Source: a virus. From it: DNA of 64,000 nucleotides. This document shows, piece after piece, positions 29,879 through 40,064 of this stretch. A model generated the notes under the pieces. The model did no database searches. It saw only the letters and a list, made by a program, of their open reading frames with translations, and was not told where the DNA came from. The position numbers and the translations under genes are program-made. The DNA lies in the IMG/VR virus record IMGVR_UViG_3300014613_000017, positions 1 through 64,000 of that record; one strand, written 5' to 3'. Positions within the stretch are counted from its first letter, which is position 1. Each line of letters begins with the position of its first letter.

Positions 29879-30220
29879 CTATAATTTTAAGTATAATTTT
29901 GAGAAATCTTGCATGTAGTACACTTCACCATTTTGCAATGTGAATAATAATGTCTCTAATTTCATGCTTTCTTCCACTCGAACATCAACTAAAATATTGC
30001 TTTTATCAGAATACAATTCACAAAACTTTTCAATCAAACTTACAGGGTCTTTGTTATCTGATACATCAATAACGCCTAATGAGCGATCTTTTTTAAACAC
30101 AATCAGTTGGTCGCCAAATTCTACAATTTCATAGAAGAATTTAACTTCCTGATTAAACCGTTTAACTAAATGGGCTGTAACAATTCGATTCGCTGCATCA
30201 ACAACTTTTCCTGCATTCAT
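29879..30220 (-). CDS. hypothetical protein
   Basis: AAGGAG RBS before MNAGK. Confidence 0.7.
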   Translation of the reverse strand: MNAGKVVDAANRIVTAHLVKRFNQEVKFFYEIVEFGDQLIVFKKDRSLGVIDVSDNKDPVSLIEKFCELYSDKSNILVDVRVEESMKLETLLFTLQNGEVYYMQDFSKLYLKL

Positions 30221-30314
30221 TTTGTCTCTCCTTTGTAATTGAGTTTTTAAAAGAATTGCGTAGAGCTTTTTGGATGGCACTACGCAATTAAATATTATGG
30301 TTATAATTTATTAA

Positions 30315-31547
30315 TTAAAGAGTTTTTAAGTCATCAAGAATAAGCTCTAAATGATCCCGTTGGTCTTCTGTTAAGTCTTTCAACATCTTGCCTTTGTTTA
30401 AATGTTTTTCAATTACCTTTTTAATCTTAGCGTGTACTGCTGTTTTCTCTTCTTCTTCAACTTCCATTAGTTTTGCTATAAATGCATCAACTTCTGCTTT
30501 TACTTCTGCAAAAGGCTTTTCTACTGGAGCTTCATACACATTTTGAGCTTCATCAGTTACTGCACTAACACCTTTGTCCTCTGCTTCTTTTTCGATTGCA
30601 GTTGCAATTGCTTCAACCAATGAATCATAATCAAAACGAATTACATTTGGTGTGTATTTGAATCGTGAACCAGCCTCAAATCGTGAAGTTTCTCGTAAAT
30701 GTAGGACTGTTTTTTGCTCACCATCTTTAAGGAATCCTTCAGCATATCCAATAATATCTGACATTCCCAACACAATTCCTCGTGGTCTTTCAGCTAGTGT
30801 GGACATTGTACGACTATATTCTGTTCCTTCTGAGTCTGTTACTGTCTTTGTCTGAGCATGGGAAATCATAACTAGTCCAAAATTAAGCATTGGAATTGAT
30901 CGTAAAGCATCATTGAATTCCTGTTTGAGCATTTTATAACCGCCACCGTAAGGAATATCTCCAATAAGGTCTACTCCTTCTCGATTACAGATAAACTTTT
31001 CAGCCATATCATAGAACAGGTCTACTGTATCTAAGATGATTGTCTCGAAGTGATCATGAGCTTCAGGCTTCTCAAGTTGTTTTAATACTTTCTTGAAATC
31101 TGACCATTTGTGTATAGGCTGTGCTTTAATTCCTGCTAAAGCATTGTAACCTTTCTCTGCTGCCAATAAGATTGACTTTGGAAATTGTGTAGCAATAGTG
31201 GTTTTACCTGTTTTTGGATTCAATTTGTTAACCTATCGGCTTTTTATCCGATAGCTCTTACACTTCATATTCGTGCAAGTTCGGCATATGTTTTCATCTT
31301 CCTCAGTGAGTTAAGATGTTGCGGTCTCTTGGCAGGATTATATCTTTTCACCTGCTATGCTCTGCCCCTGACTGTAGTAACTACAGCCTTCGGTTCAAGT
31401 TAGGAATCTCACCCTCCTTGCTTAATACCGCAAAGTTCACTTTTATATTTCTACAAAAGGCGGCAATCACTCACCGTAGATTGTTATAATTTTTTCACGA
31501 AGATCACGACTAATTTTTGTTGGCTCTAATTCGAAGATATTTACCAT
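30315..31547 (-). CDS. AAA_24-type ATPase (YorG-like), spliced: exon 1 31547-31473, exon 2 31220-30315, 326 aa
   Basis: Splicing gives IITIYG|NPKTGKTT, an intact Walker A; IILDT Walker B; ISHA motif. Confidence 0.88.
31221..31472 (-). mobile_element. ORF-less group I intron, 252 nt
   Basis: 5' exon ends in U; P1 CGGU/GCCG; P10 GAUU/AAUC; P7 GAGCAUA/UAUGCC with bulged A; several hairpins; terminal G. Confidence 0.88.
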
Positions 31548-32662
31548 ACTTTAATTCCCCCATTTGATTTTTTGATGTCACTCTTTCTTTGTTCCACGTA
31601 TTCTTGAAAGGACTCATGCTTTCTGTCCAGTCTCATTGCTGATTTATCTTTATATAATAAGTCAAACAGCATTAAACTCTCTTTTGTGCTATAACAAATT
31701 TCATGAACATTTAACCTATTACCTTTTCCTGAACTCACACTCTTCTTTTTCAGTCCGTGTCTAGTAAGAATTGATTGCATCTGTACAAGATTAATGTAGC
31801 TCCCACTGCTAATTCTAACTCTGATTTGACAAGTTTCAGTTCTCTTACCTTTAGAATTTGTAGGGTATTGCTTACCCACTGACCCATTGCCATCAAAATA
31901 TCCTCTAATGTAATCTAGTTCGTACTCTTCGGGCAATGAAATAGGAATCTCCTTATCTAGAGATTTACGCTCTCTTATCCCAATTCCCTTAATGTCATTT
32001 ACCATAGTTATAGAATTAATATCTAAAGAGCTGTATTTAAGACCTTTGATTTTGCCATGTCCACTTGCATTATAGATTTTAATTTCACCTTCATACTCTA
32101 ATGCGACTCTTATTTTCTCAAGATGAGAGGCATCGGACTCCTGAAGATTTATTTTTAAAAGGTGTTTCCTGTGCTTACCTCTTTCATCTATTATTGTGCT
32201 AGTATAAATACAACCATCAGCAGCAATAAATCCTAGTATATAAGCCATTTCAGATGACCAAGTTTTAAAGTAATCTTCATTAAGATTGTGTTTTCTGTAA
32301 ACAAAAGTTTCATCAATTAGCTCTTTTATTTCACTTCTACTTCTAGTTTTAATACCAAGCTCTTCAAGAACTCTTTTTACTGTTTGATCGTTGTAACCAA
32401 ACTTTATAGCAATATCTTGAAGCGTTTGTCTCTGTTCAACATACATTTTAACTACTTCTTCTTCATGACTATCACGTAGTCTTTCCCATTTTTCCTGTCT
32501 AGGAACTCCTAGTTTGCTTGACCAGTTTTGAATGGCTGAGTAACTACATCCTAATTCTTTGGCTACTTGACTGTTTGTTTTATCCTCAACTATTAGCATC
32601 TGATATAGAATTTCTCTGTTTTGATACAAAGGGAGGTCTTCACTGAATTGCTCGATTGTCAC
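31541..32662 (-). CDS. free-standing LAGLIDADG homing endonuclease with N-terminal HTHs
   Basis: YILGFIAADGCI and YIRGYFDGNGSV; stop codon overlaps the ATPase start. Confidence 0.88.
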   Translation of the reverse strand: MTIEQFSEDLPLYQNREILYQMLIVEDKTNSQVAKELGCSYSAIQNWSSKLGVPRQEKWERLRDSHEEEVVKMYVEQRQTLQDIAIKFGYNDQTVKRVLEELGIKTRSRSEIKELIDETFVYRKHNLNEDYFKTWSSEMAYILGFIAADGCIYTSTIIDERGKHRKHLLKINLQESDASHLEKIRVALEYEGEIKIYNASGHGKIKGLKYSSLDINSITMVNDIKGIGIRERKSLDKEIPISLPEEYELDYIRGYFDGNGSVGKQYPTNSKGKRTETCQIRVRISSGSYINLVQMQSILTRHGLKKKSVSSGKGNRLNVHEICYSTKESLMLFDLLYKDKSAMRLDRKHESFQEYVEQRKSDIKKSNGGIKVW

Positions 32663-32734
32663 TACCCCTTTCCAGAAGAAGAGATATCTCTTCCTCTGAT
32701 TATTTTGATTATAATTTACTAATTAAACTATTTT

Positions 32735-33715
32735 TTAAAACAAATCTCCTAAGTCAACAGGAAGGTCAGTTTTCTTAGTTTCAGATTTAGCGTCGTCACC
32801 AAATCCACCACGATTTTGATTAGTTGAATTATTGCTTTGTTGCTCTTTAGATTTAGTTTTAAGTTGCTCTAGGAATACTTCTCGTTTAACTAAAGCGTCT
32901 TTGACTAAACTAATGTCGAATGCTTTGTTGCTGTCTTCGTCAATCAATGTAGCACCAGAAATCAAATACTCAAGAATGTAGTCATATGATTCAGTTTCAC
33001 GATTTTCACCAAAGCCCATTTCTTCTACTTTAACTGTGACTTTACGGAAGTTAACAATGTTACCGTATAGCTTAATTGATGATCCTTTTTGGAAATTTGA
33101 TTCAATATAGTCACGTCCACGTTCTGGAGCTACTAAATCAAATGGCATCACCGCCCCACTATAATTTGGAACAAGCACAGACATTTTCACGCGCCCTGTC
33201 TCTTCATCCCCACTCATTTCAGGCTTAACTGATTGTACAATTGCCTCTAGATCAAACTCAGCTTTAGGTTGGTAGTTCGCTACATCCTTAACTTCTGAGA
33301 TGAAATCAATGTTAATTTGGTTGTATTTCTTATGCTCGTCATTGTCATTGAAGAATTCATTTAGCGATAAATTACCTTTAACTTCTACTTTTGTAGGAGA
33401 TAATTCACCTTCTTTAGCTTCACCTTTATCAATTAAGTTAGCAATATCTGCAACTGATAAATAACGATTAGCAGCCGTTTGCATACCTGTAAATGATTTA
33501 GATACTGCACCAGCTTTAGTTAATTCTTTTTTAAAGAATCGAGCAGTGTGTACTTCATTTTCACCAGTACGTATAGAGAACGATCCAGTAGCTGCATTGT
33601 ATTTAGCACCTGTGTTTTTATCTGTGAACTCTTTTATCTCAAAATTCTTTTCTACTACTTCTCCTACTAATTTTACCTCGTTTAGTGCTTGGCGTAACTG
33701 AGTTGCGTTTGTCAT
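32735..33715 (-). CDS. single-stranded DNA-binding protein (YorF-like)
   Basis: N.V...G OB-like N-terminus; flexible tail ending DLGDLF. Confidence 0.75.
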   Translation of the reverse strand: MTNATQLRQALNEVKLVGEVVEKNFEIKEFTDKNTGAKYNAATGSFSIRTGENEVHTARFFKKELTKAGAVSKSFTGMQTAANRYLSVADIANLIDKGEAKEGELSPTKVEVKGNLSLNEFFNDNDEHKKYNQINIDFISEVKDVANYQPKAEFDLEAIVQSVKPEMSGDEETGRVKMSVLVPNYSGAVMPFDLVAPERGRDYIESNFQKGSSIKLYGNIVNFRKVTVKVEEMGFGENRETESYDYILEYLISGATLIDEDSNKAFDISLVKDALVKREVFLEQLKTKSKEQQSNNSTNQNRGGFGDDAKSETKKTDLPVDLGDLF

Positions 33716-33797
33716 TGAATAATACTCCCCTTTTTCTCGATTGTTTTTTTGTTTTTTGTTAATGTAAGCGACTTAGAAAAAATCTCTTACATTACTA

Positions 33798-33826
33798 ACT
33801 ATATACATTAAATCCTTATTTATCAA
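33798..33826 (-). promoter_or_regulatory. sigmaA-like promoter of the SSB gene
   Basis: TTGATA-17-TATAGT. Confidence 0.6.
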
Positions 33827-33850
33827 TAGTAAAACTAATATAATTATAAT

Positions 33851-34429
33851 TTATTTATTTGACTTGTATTTTTCACAGATTGGCTCATTAATTGAACCTA
33901 TCTCTTCTCTAACTGTCCCGATTTGTGAATCCACAAGGATAGAACATCTTCCTTTAAGATACCTTGTACAGTCATTACACCTTAATTCAAATTGGTCGGC
34001 TTCTTCTTGATCCTTAAATATCCCTACAAAATCAACTGGTGTTAATGTTACTTCTACTCTAGGATTCTTTGAATCATATACAATCCTCTGAGTTCTAACT
34101 AATACTCGTGAATCATTGTCATAAGCAATACCTTCTAATGTATCATTAAGAAGTTTATAAATGTTATTATCGTCACTGCCACGTCTAGCAAAATGAATCA
34201 CAGCATCTTGATATACGTAATTCTCTTTTGTCCATTCATAATCCCATTCTTGGCTTTCCATCTGCTGTTTTGCAGCGTCTGCTATTTCTTGTTTTCTCTT
34301 CTCGCCTTGTTTAGATAATATCCTAGCTCCAGTCATCTCACGCTTCCTAGTTTTAGGATTGTAAGCGAACTGATTAATATACAATGCGTTTATTGATGTT
34401 GGAACAGGTAGGATTAATTCTAATCTCAA
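33851..34429 (-). CDS. rusA: RusA-like Holliday junction resolvase
   Basis: P.S.N..Y, DDNN..K...D...G...DND catalytic Asp pattern. Confidence 0.8.
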   Translation of the reverse strand: MRLELILPVPTSINALYINQFAYNPKTRKREMTGARILSKQGEKRKQEIADAAKQQMESQEWDYEWTKENYVYQDAVIHFARRGSDDNNIYKLLNDTLEGIAYDNDSRVLVRTQRIVYDSKNPRVEVTLTPVDFVGIFKDQEEADQFELRCNDCTRYLKGRCSILVDSQIGTVREEIGSINEPICEKYKSNK

Positions 34430-34437
34430 TCTCTCAC

Positions 34438-34698
34438 CTACTTTCGCTTTAGCTGTAGTTGCCACTTATCTTGCGACAAATATTTCAATTCTCCATCCTT
34501 AATAAATAATCTAATATTATTAACTGCTTCTTCGAAACTTCCAAACTCCTCATAGAAGTCCTTTCCACAAAAGCTAACTAAGGCAATCTTAGGACGTTCC
34601 ACGAATAGAAAAAACGTATCTTCGTCAACATCTCTAAACATATCGCCATAATGGTAGTACGCCTCATTAATATCTTCTTCTTCAATTAGAATCTTCAC
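34438..34698 (-). CDS. hypothetical protein
   Basis: Coupled ORF. Confidence 0.65.
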   Translation of the reverse strand: MKILIEEEDINEAYYHYGDMFRDVDEDTFFLFVERPKIALVSFCGKDFYEEFGSFEEAVNNIRLFIKDGELKYLSQDKWQLQLKRK

Positions 34699-35036
34699 TA
34701 TTCAATATTCACCTCAACTTTCTCTTTTAGCACACTAGCAATCTCTTCCTTCAATCTCTCAATACTCTCTCCCAAATGTTTTAATTCAGACACACCTTCA
34801 TCAGTAAACATCTCATGCTTAACCAGCCATTCAGCTAAATGATCTAATGTCCGAAAGTATCCTAAATCTCTCCACCCTATTTCTCCAGACAAGTCAGCAA
34901 ACTTCCCTTTATCTGTTCTCTTCTCATATCGTTCACGTAAAATAATATTAAGCTTGTCAGTATCAATCGCATACTTTTCACTTAGTCTTATCTTATAATC
35001 AGGCTTAGTTACTTTATCTTCAGCTACTTCTGTCAT
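34698..35036 (-). CDS. hypothetical protein
   Basis: Coupled ORF; GYFRTLDHL motif. Confidence 0.7.
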   Translation of the reverse strand: MTEVAEDKVTKPDYKIRLSEKYAIDTDKLNIILRERYEKRTDKGKFADLSGEIGWRDLGYFRTLDHLAEWLVKHEMFTDEGVSELKHLGESIERLKEEIASVLKEKVEVNIE

Positions 35037-35335
35037 AGGTTTAATCTCTCCTCCATTTCTGATGCATCAATTAATTCATCATACTTCTCTTGTAATTCCA
35101 TGTAGGCGAATTCTAATTGATGATATTTATTCTTAGTGAACATCATATGGGAATCAGCTTCATGTGCAAGTCGTATCAGCTTCTCCATCAATTCAACTAT
35201 CCTGTGCAACTGCAAGAAATCATATTCAGCTACTTTAATTTCTTTGCTACCTTGCTGTTCTTCAAGAAGATTATTCAAGTCGCTTTTTAAGATGATAATA
35301 ATTTCTTCTTCTAATCGAGTAATAAACTTACTCAC
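35033..35335 (-). CDS. coiled-coil hypothetical protein
   Basis: GAGGTG RBS. Confidence 0.65.
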   Translation of the reverse strand: MSKFITRLEEEIIIILKSDLNNLLEEQQGSKEIKVAEYDFLQLHRIVELMEKLIRLAHEADSHMMFTKNKYHQLEFAYMELQEKYDELIDASEMEERLNL

Positions 35336-35344
35336 TTTTACACC

Positions 35345-35596
35345 TCAATCCCAAAAGTTGTCAGCTAATTCTTTAAACTTAGTTTCCACTTCTTTAATTT
35401 CACTGTGTCGTTCAGCCCAATAAATCAGCTCAGTTGTCTTATCTAATGTTGAATACACAACTTCAAATGTAGTCAGATTTCCTTTAATCTTATCTACGCT
35501 GTTCATAAGACTAGTGCTCAGCGCCCCATGCTTCTCTTTCATAAAGCTAACAAACTTGTTTATTCGTCTAATCAGAATATCTTCATCGCATGTCAT
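35345..35596 (-). CDS. hypothetical protein
   Basis: RBS. Confidence 0.65.
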   Translation of the reverse strand: MTCDEDILIRRINKFVSFMKEKHGALSTSLMNSVDKIKGNLTTFEVVYSTLDKTTELIYWAERHSEIKEVETKFKELADNFWD

Positions 35597-35611
35597 TTAA
35601 TACTTCCACTC

Positions 35612-35869
35612 CTAGATAGGCTTATTGGCTTCAAACATTCGCATAGACTCACTGATTAATTGAGCTGCTAAAATACGCTCATTTAAATCATCTGTTTCTT
35701 CATCATCTAAATATGATCGTGTTAGATATAGCTCAAGTAGTAAATTCCGAATCGTTTTAATCGAGAAATTCATATCATCGAATTGCAATGTGCCGAAATA
35801 TACGTTCTTTTCCATTTCACCAAGTCTATTTAGAATTTCCGTCTCATCTGATAAGGCTAGTCTTGTCAT
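35612..35869 (-). CDS. hypothetical protein
   Basis: ATGA coupling. Confidence 0.65.
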   Translation of the reverse strand: MTRLALSDETEILNRLGEMEKNVYFGTLQFDDMNFSIKTIRNLLLELYLTRSYLDDEETDDLNERILAAQLISESMRMFEANKPI

Positions 35870-36060
35870 CGTTTGAAAACATCTCCCACTTTTAGTTTTT
35901 TGGCTTTGCTTAGTTTGTCGAATGTCACAATGGATTCAATAACATGACCATCACCCATCATCTCGACTTGTACGCCCCAGTAGACTATTGTTATAGAATC
36001 GAGTTTCAATTCCATCTGCTGAGGCTTCCCTTTGACTTTAGTGACGTAATACGGTTTCAT
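35866..36060 (-). CDS. hypothetical protein
   Basis: AAGGAG RBS. Confidence 0.7.
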   Translation of the reverse strand: MKPYYVTKVKGKPQQMELKLDSITIVYWGVQVEMMGDGHVIESIVTFDKLSKAKKLKVGDVFKR

Positions 36061-36092
36061 ATGTTTCTCCTTAATTTAATGCTTATAATTTA

Positions 36093-36368
36093 TTAATTTG
36101 ATAATTCTTCAACATCGGCAAACATAACAGTATTAAATTGCTTGTTAGGCAGCTCCAAAAACTCAACTGTAGAGCTACTACGATCAACAAAGATTTCCTT
36201 TACTGTCAGTAGTTGATTTTCATAGAAGTATTTGTTTGCTACCTCTCTTTGTATGTCATAGCCATTTTTATTCAGATAGACTACTTTTCTTCCCAATGGT
36301 GGCTCTTCTGTTTTATATCTCTTTTTGTTGTTGATTTGATAGGTAGTAATTCCGCCATCCAATCTCAT
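36093..36368 (-). CDS. hypothetical protein
   Basis: RBS. Confidence 0.65.
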   Translation of the reverse strand: MRLDGGITTYQINNKKRYKTEEPPLGRKVVYLNKNGYDIQREVANKYFYENQLLTVKEIFVDRSSSTVEFLELPNKQFNTVMFADVEELSN

Positions 36369-36409
36369 TGATTCTCAACCTTTCTAAATAAAATTGAACT
36401 TTTAGCAGT

Positions 36410-36691
36410 TTAAATTTCTTCCCAAATTTCAGTCTTTAAAATTTTCACAAAGTCGCCATTGAGCATATCACGCATATCTTGAGCAGTGTCCACATTTTTT
36501 CCTGCCTTGTCATCCCACAAGTATTTTGGTGCTACACGTACTCCATCAATACGGTTAAATTGCTTAGCATGTGAAATTTGCTTTGTAAATGAGTAATTCT
36601 GTAAATCATCTCCGTGGCAATCCTCCCAAACATCCCATAAGTAGCCTTCCTCATTCTTGAAAACAAATGTTTGTCGTGTTTTAGCTTCCAA
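36410..36691 (-). CDS. hypothetical cassette protein
   Basis: Between palindromes 36389 and 36707. Confidence 0.7.
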   Translation of the reverse strand: MEAKTRQTFVFKNEEGYLWDVWEDCHGDDLQNYSFTKQISHAKQFNRIDGVRVAPKYLWDDKAGKNVDTAQDMRDMLNGDFVKILKTEIWEEI

Positions 36692-36719
36692 TGATTACAC
36701 CTCCTATAAAACTCGTCTT

Positions 36720-36923
36720 TTATGTGTTACTGATATTTATAAAGTCTAAAACTTCAACTTTCTTTTTGTCGGCAATTGATTCAAAAAAATCTGCCTTTTC
36801 ATCACTAGCTAGACTGCTGAACAATTTGTTTTGGATCAAAAATAGTTCTCCAATAGCATTTACATAGTCACCATCATCAATTTCATACGTCACTTTTTCG
36901 TAAGAAATAACTTTCATTTTCAT
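36720..36923 (-). CDS. hypothetical cassette protein
   Basis: Between palindromes 36707 and 36936. Confidence 0.7.
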   Translation of the reverse strand: MKMKVISYEKVTYEIDDGDYVNAIGELFLIQNKLFSSLASDEKADFFESIADKKKVEVLDFINISNT

Positions 36924-36948
36924 CTCTCCTCCTTATAAAACCTCTATT

Positions 36949-37191
36949 TTACCCCTCATATGCTTTCAGTATGGCTGCCCTAGCTTTGTCTTGTTCTTCA
37001 TCAGAACTATCAATACTCTCAAACAAGTTACATCCAAAATCAGCTTCAGTTTCAATCCAATCGACTGATCCTCCATCCCAACCAAGATCAAGCTCTATGT
37101 CAATCTTATCTTGTATCTTGTAACACTTTCCGTAGCCATATCCGTTGTCGATATACTTCCAATGTTTGCAGACATCACATCTTTGTCTCAT
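36949..37191 (-). CDS. Cys-containing hypothetical protein
   Basis: CDVCKHW...C...FGC. Confidence 0.7.
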   Translation of the reverse strand: MRQRCDVCKHWKYIDNGYGYGKCYKIQDKIDIELDLGWDGGSVDWIETEADFGCNLFESIDSSDEEQDKARAAILKAYEG

Positions 37192-37240
37192 TTCAATCCC
37201 CCTTGCTTAAAGCTAAATTTATTCATTAAAAAATCTGACT

Positions 37241-37639
37241 TTATTTTAAAGTTCCCAACATTGCGTCACGAATCTTATCTGCTTCTTGTTTTGCTACATC
37301 CTTGATTGCTTGGCTTACTTGGTTCATTGATTGCTTTGTGACAAGATTGCTGACTTCCTGAATAGACTGCTTGTGAAGTTTTTCAACTGCCTTATTGACA
37401 ATTCGATCTTGCATTCCTGTTGTATTTAGTTGCTCAGAGAGCGTACTTGTAATTTGATTGGCTACTGATTGTTTAATACTTTTGGCTGCTTCCTCAACTG
37501 TTGAATTCCAACCTCCCATATTTTGAAGGATTCTGCTGGTGACTTCATTTACAATTGACTGTCTTACTTCATTCTTGAAATCTTCTTCTGTGTAATACTC
37601 ATCGTACATGTCATATTCAACTTGCATATTAAATTTCAA
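37241..37639 (-). CDS. coiled-coil hypothetical protein
   Basis: GGAGG RBS; follows a sigmaA promoter. Confidence 0.7.
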   Translation of the reverse strand: MKFNMQVEYDMYDEYYTEEDFKNEVRQSIVNEVTSRILQNMGGWNSTVEEAAKSIKQSVANQITSTLSEQLNTTGMQDRIVNKAVEKLHKQSIQEVSNLVTKQSMNQVSQAIKDVAKQEADKIRDAMLGTLK

Positions 37640-37670
37640 ATTCTTACCTCCTCTTCCATATCTACTTTTG

Positions 37671-37700
37671 ATTATAATTTACTATTATATAAGATGTCAA
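37671..37700 (-). promoter_or_regulatory. sigmaA promoter flanked by two TTATAATTTA motifs
   Basis: TTGACA-18-TATAAT. Confidence 0.6.
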
Positions 37701-37743
37701 CAGTTATAATTTATTTATTTTCAATTCAAATAAAAATCCTCTT

Positions 37744-38013
37744 TTATCTTGATTGAGGGGTAATTAAATCGTCAGGATTGTGCAAATCCTCAAATCCAAT
37801 TCCTTCTTCAACCATCCGTTTCAACTTCGAATTTTCCTCTTTTAGAACATATATGTCATTTATTAGAGCTAGGAAGAACCTGTCTCCTTGTGGACTTCCC
37901 CAAACTTCACCATTTACTGTAATACCTATGGGACTGCTTCCGTATTTGCTATAAGACTTTTTATATTCAATTACTTTACCGTTGTGATAAGTTTTATAAT
38001 ACAAGTCTTCCAA
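37744..38013 (-). CDS. hypothetical cassette protein (TTG start)
   Basis: GGGAGG RBS directly after palindrome 38030. Confidence 0.65.
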   Translation of the reverse strand: MEDLYYKTYHNGKVIEYKKSYSKYGSSPIGITVNGEVWGSPQGDRFFLALINDIYVLKEENSKLKRMVEEGIGFEDLHNPDDLITPQSR

Positions 38014-38057
38014 GTTATTAACCTCCCAATAAAAACTGCCTTTTATTTCTGATCGAA

Positions 38058-38447
38058 TCAAGGATTTACGAATACTGCGTCAATTTCTTTACGATACCGC
38101 TCGAAAATTGCTTCAGTAATAAATTCAATTTCAGCCTCTACTTCACGAAATTCGTCCGTATCAGTCAATCCTGCAATCTTCAACTGGTAATATTCTTCTA
38201 ATAATCGTTCCAGTTCTGCTTGCTCTTCTGCAATCTTTGGCTCTAATGCGGTTTTCATTTGACTTGTTATATCAGTATTTGCAATTAATTCATTCTTCTT
38301 ATCAAATCCTGTTCCACCAATGTCTCTACTTGCTTGGCTAATAACTTCAGTTGTCCATGAAGTTGTTGCTCCAATTTTACTTCCAATAAAGAATGTTCCA
38401 ATAAGGACTGCTACTGCTAGTAATGCGATCAATAATTTCTTTTTCAT
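38058..38447 (-). CDS. membrane-anchored or secreted coiled-coil protein
   Basis: MKKK signal/TM segment. Confidence 0.7.
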   Translation of the reverse strand: MKKKLLIALLAVAVLIGTFFIGSKIGATTSWTTEVISQASRDIGGTGFDKKNELIANTDITSQMKTALEPKIAEEQAELERLLEEYYQLKIAGLTDTDEFREVEAEIEFITEAIFERYRKEIDAVFVNP

Positions 38448-38506
38448 GTATGATTTCCCCATTTTTAATTTATTTTTTTACCGCCCTATATGGTTGTACT
38501 GTGACG

Positions 38507-38704
38507 CTAAACATTTACTTTTTGAAGATACTTGGTTGCGAATGAGCCACTAAATCCTTTTAGCATTACTACTGTGTAATCGTGATTTGGGTGATGTTTA
38601 AACTCATTACTATCACAAGTCCAAACCTTCCCATCATTCACTTCTGCCTCAATGGAAGTGTGCATTACAACCTTATCTCCTTTATACAAAGGCTTTACGC
38701 TCAT
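38507..38704 (-). CDS. hypothetical protein
   Basis: GDKVVMH...GFSGSF motif. Confidence 0.7.
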   Translation of the reverse strand: MSVKPLYKGDKVVMHTSIEAEVNDGKVWTCDSNEFKHHPNHDYTVVMLKGFSGSFATKYLQKVNV

Positions 38705-38821
38705 TGACTTTCCTCCTTCGCTTTAAGTTCTCCACATAAACAATAAACCATATTTACATTCTCTTTATTCACTTTAGTTGACTCCTTTACATTGTTTATT
38801 AGAGTATTTTCGAACTGTTGA

Positions 38822-39055
38822 TTAGTCATTACACCACCAATCAGCAGATTCTGTTGGTGCGTATACTGTAATTTCATAACCTTTTTCTCGCATCACAGTT
38901 TCAAACTCTTTAGGAGTAAACTTACTCGTATCTGAATCAAAGTTCTTTCCACATTGAAATTTATGGCTTTCTGTGCTAAATGTCTCCCAATCCATATTCG
39001 TTACCGCAAACCCAACTGTACCGTTTTTCCCACTCCACCAATCAAAAACATTCAT
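38822..39055 (-). CDS. hypothetical protein
   Basis: GAGGTG RBS. Confidence 0.65.
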   Translation of the reverse strand: MNVFDWWSGKNGTVGFAVTNMDWETFSTESHKFQCGKNFDSDTSKFTPKEFETVMREKGYEITVYAPTESADWWCND

Positions 39056-39115
39056 TATTTCACCTCTTTTTAGTTCACAGTTTAAGTCAACTGTGCGATA
39101 AAACTCAACTTTTAA

Positions 39116-39403
39116 TTACCAACCACTTTCTCGCATTGCGTTACCAATTGTATTCGAAAGTTGATAAGAAATGCTGTCAACAATCGCATCTTTCCAAGTG
39201 TCAGCGTCATATTGAATATGTGTTTTAATTTCAACCTCTAGTTCATTTTCTTTTGCTTTTAAATATTCCATTATTGCAGCATTCATTGAGCTTTTATATG
39301 CCTCTTTAATAGCATCTCTACCGAATGTCTTCAGCTTGTTTTCAACTTGAAGTTTTACTTCCTTCTGAATCAGCTCTTCAATTTTGTTTTCATCAATAAT
39401 CAT
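39116..39403 (-). CDS. helical hypothetical cassette protein
   Basis: Between palindromes 39099 and 39419. Confidence 0.7.
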   Translation of the reverse strand: MIIDENKIEELIQKEVKLQVENKLKTFGRDAIKEAYKSSMNAAIMEYLKAKENELEVEIKTHIQYDADTWKDAIVDSISYQLSNTIGNAMRESGW

Positions 39404-39431
39404 GCCCTAACCTCCATTTAAAAGTTTGATT

Positions 39432-39824
39432 TTACTCTTCTTCATCGTCCTCACAATTTGCATATATGCTTCCACCTTGCTCTTCGATCTGCTCAGGTGT
39501 CATTCCAGCTTCTATATCAATTTCACCTGTTTCTTTCCATTTATCAAAGGTTACTTGGGGGTAGTAGGGATTATATCTGTCAGCAGACCACCCATCAGGA
39601 ACTAAAGCAAATGTTCTTACTATATCTGTTAGACAGTCCTCGCACAAATCAAATGACCAAGATTCCATATCATACCTGCTACCATATCCAAATGAACAAC
39701 CAAATTGTTGAAATAACACCTCACCCCACATTTCTTTGGAGGATTCTTTTTTACATTTATTGCACTTCACATTAACTATTTTAGTTTCATGGATTACTCT
39801 TTCTTTTGTTTCGTATTCTCTCAT
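39432..39824 (-). CDS. zinc-binding hypothetical cassette protein
   Basis: CNKC...FGYGS..D...LCEDC; between palindromes 39419 and 39840. Confidence 0.75.
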   Translation of the reverse strand: MREYETKERVIHETKIVNVKCNKCKKESSKEMWGEVLFQQFGCSFGYGSRYDMESWSFDLCEDCLTDIVRTFALVPDGWSADRYNPYYPQVTFDKWKETGEIDIEAGMTPEQIEEQGGSIYANCEDDEEE

Positions 39825-39864
39825 GGATTCCCCTCCTATTAAAACGAGTGTTTTAAGTTATAAT

Positions 39865-40053
39865 TTATTGATAACTCCAACCTTCAAAATTACCTGTTAG
39901 AAAGTTATCTATGAAATGCTGCTCACAATCTTCACAGGTGTAAATATCTCCTGTATGCTGTCCGACACTTGCTCGGTAAGTTTCCATGTTGCTGTAGGTT
40001 GTATCTGTTATTTCCATTTCTTTATCACAGCTCAAGCAATTCATTTTGATCAC
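39865..40053 (-). CDS. zinc-ribbon protein
   Basis: CLSC...CEDC. Confidence 0.7.
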   Translation of the reverse strand: MIKMNCLSCDKEMEITDTTYSNMETYRASVGQHTGDIYTCEDCEQHFIDNFLTGNFEGWSYQ

Positions 40054-40064
40054 CTTTCTTCAAG

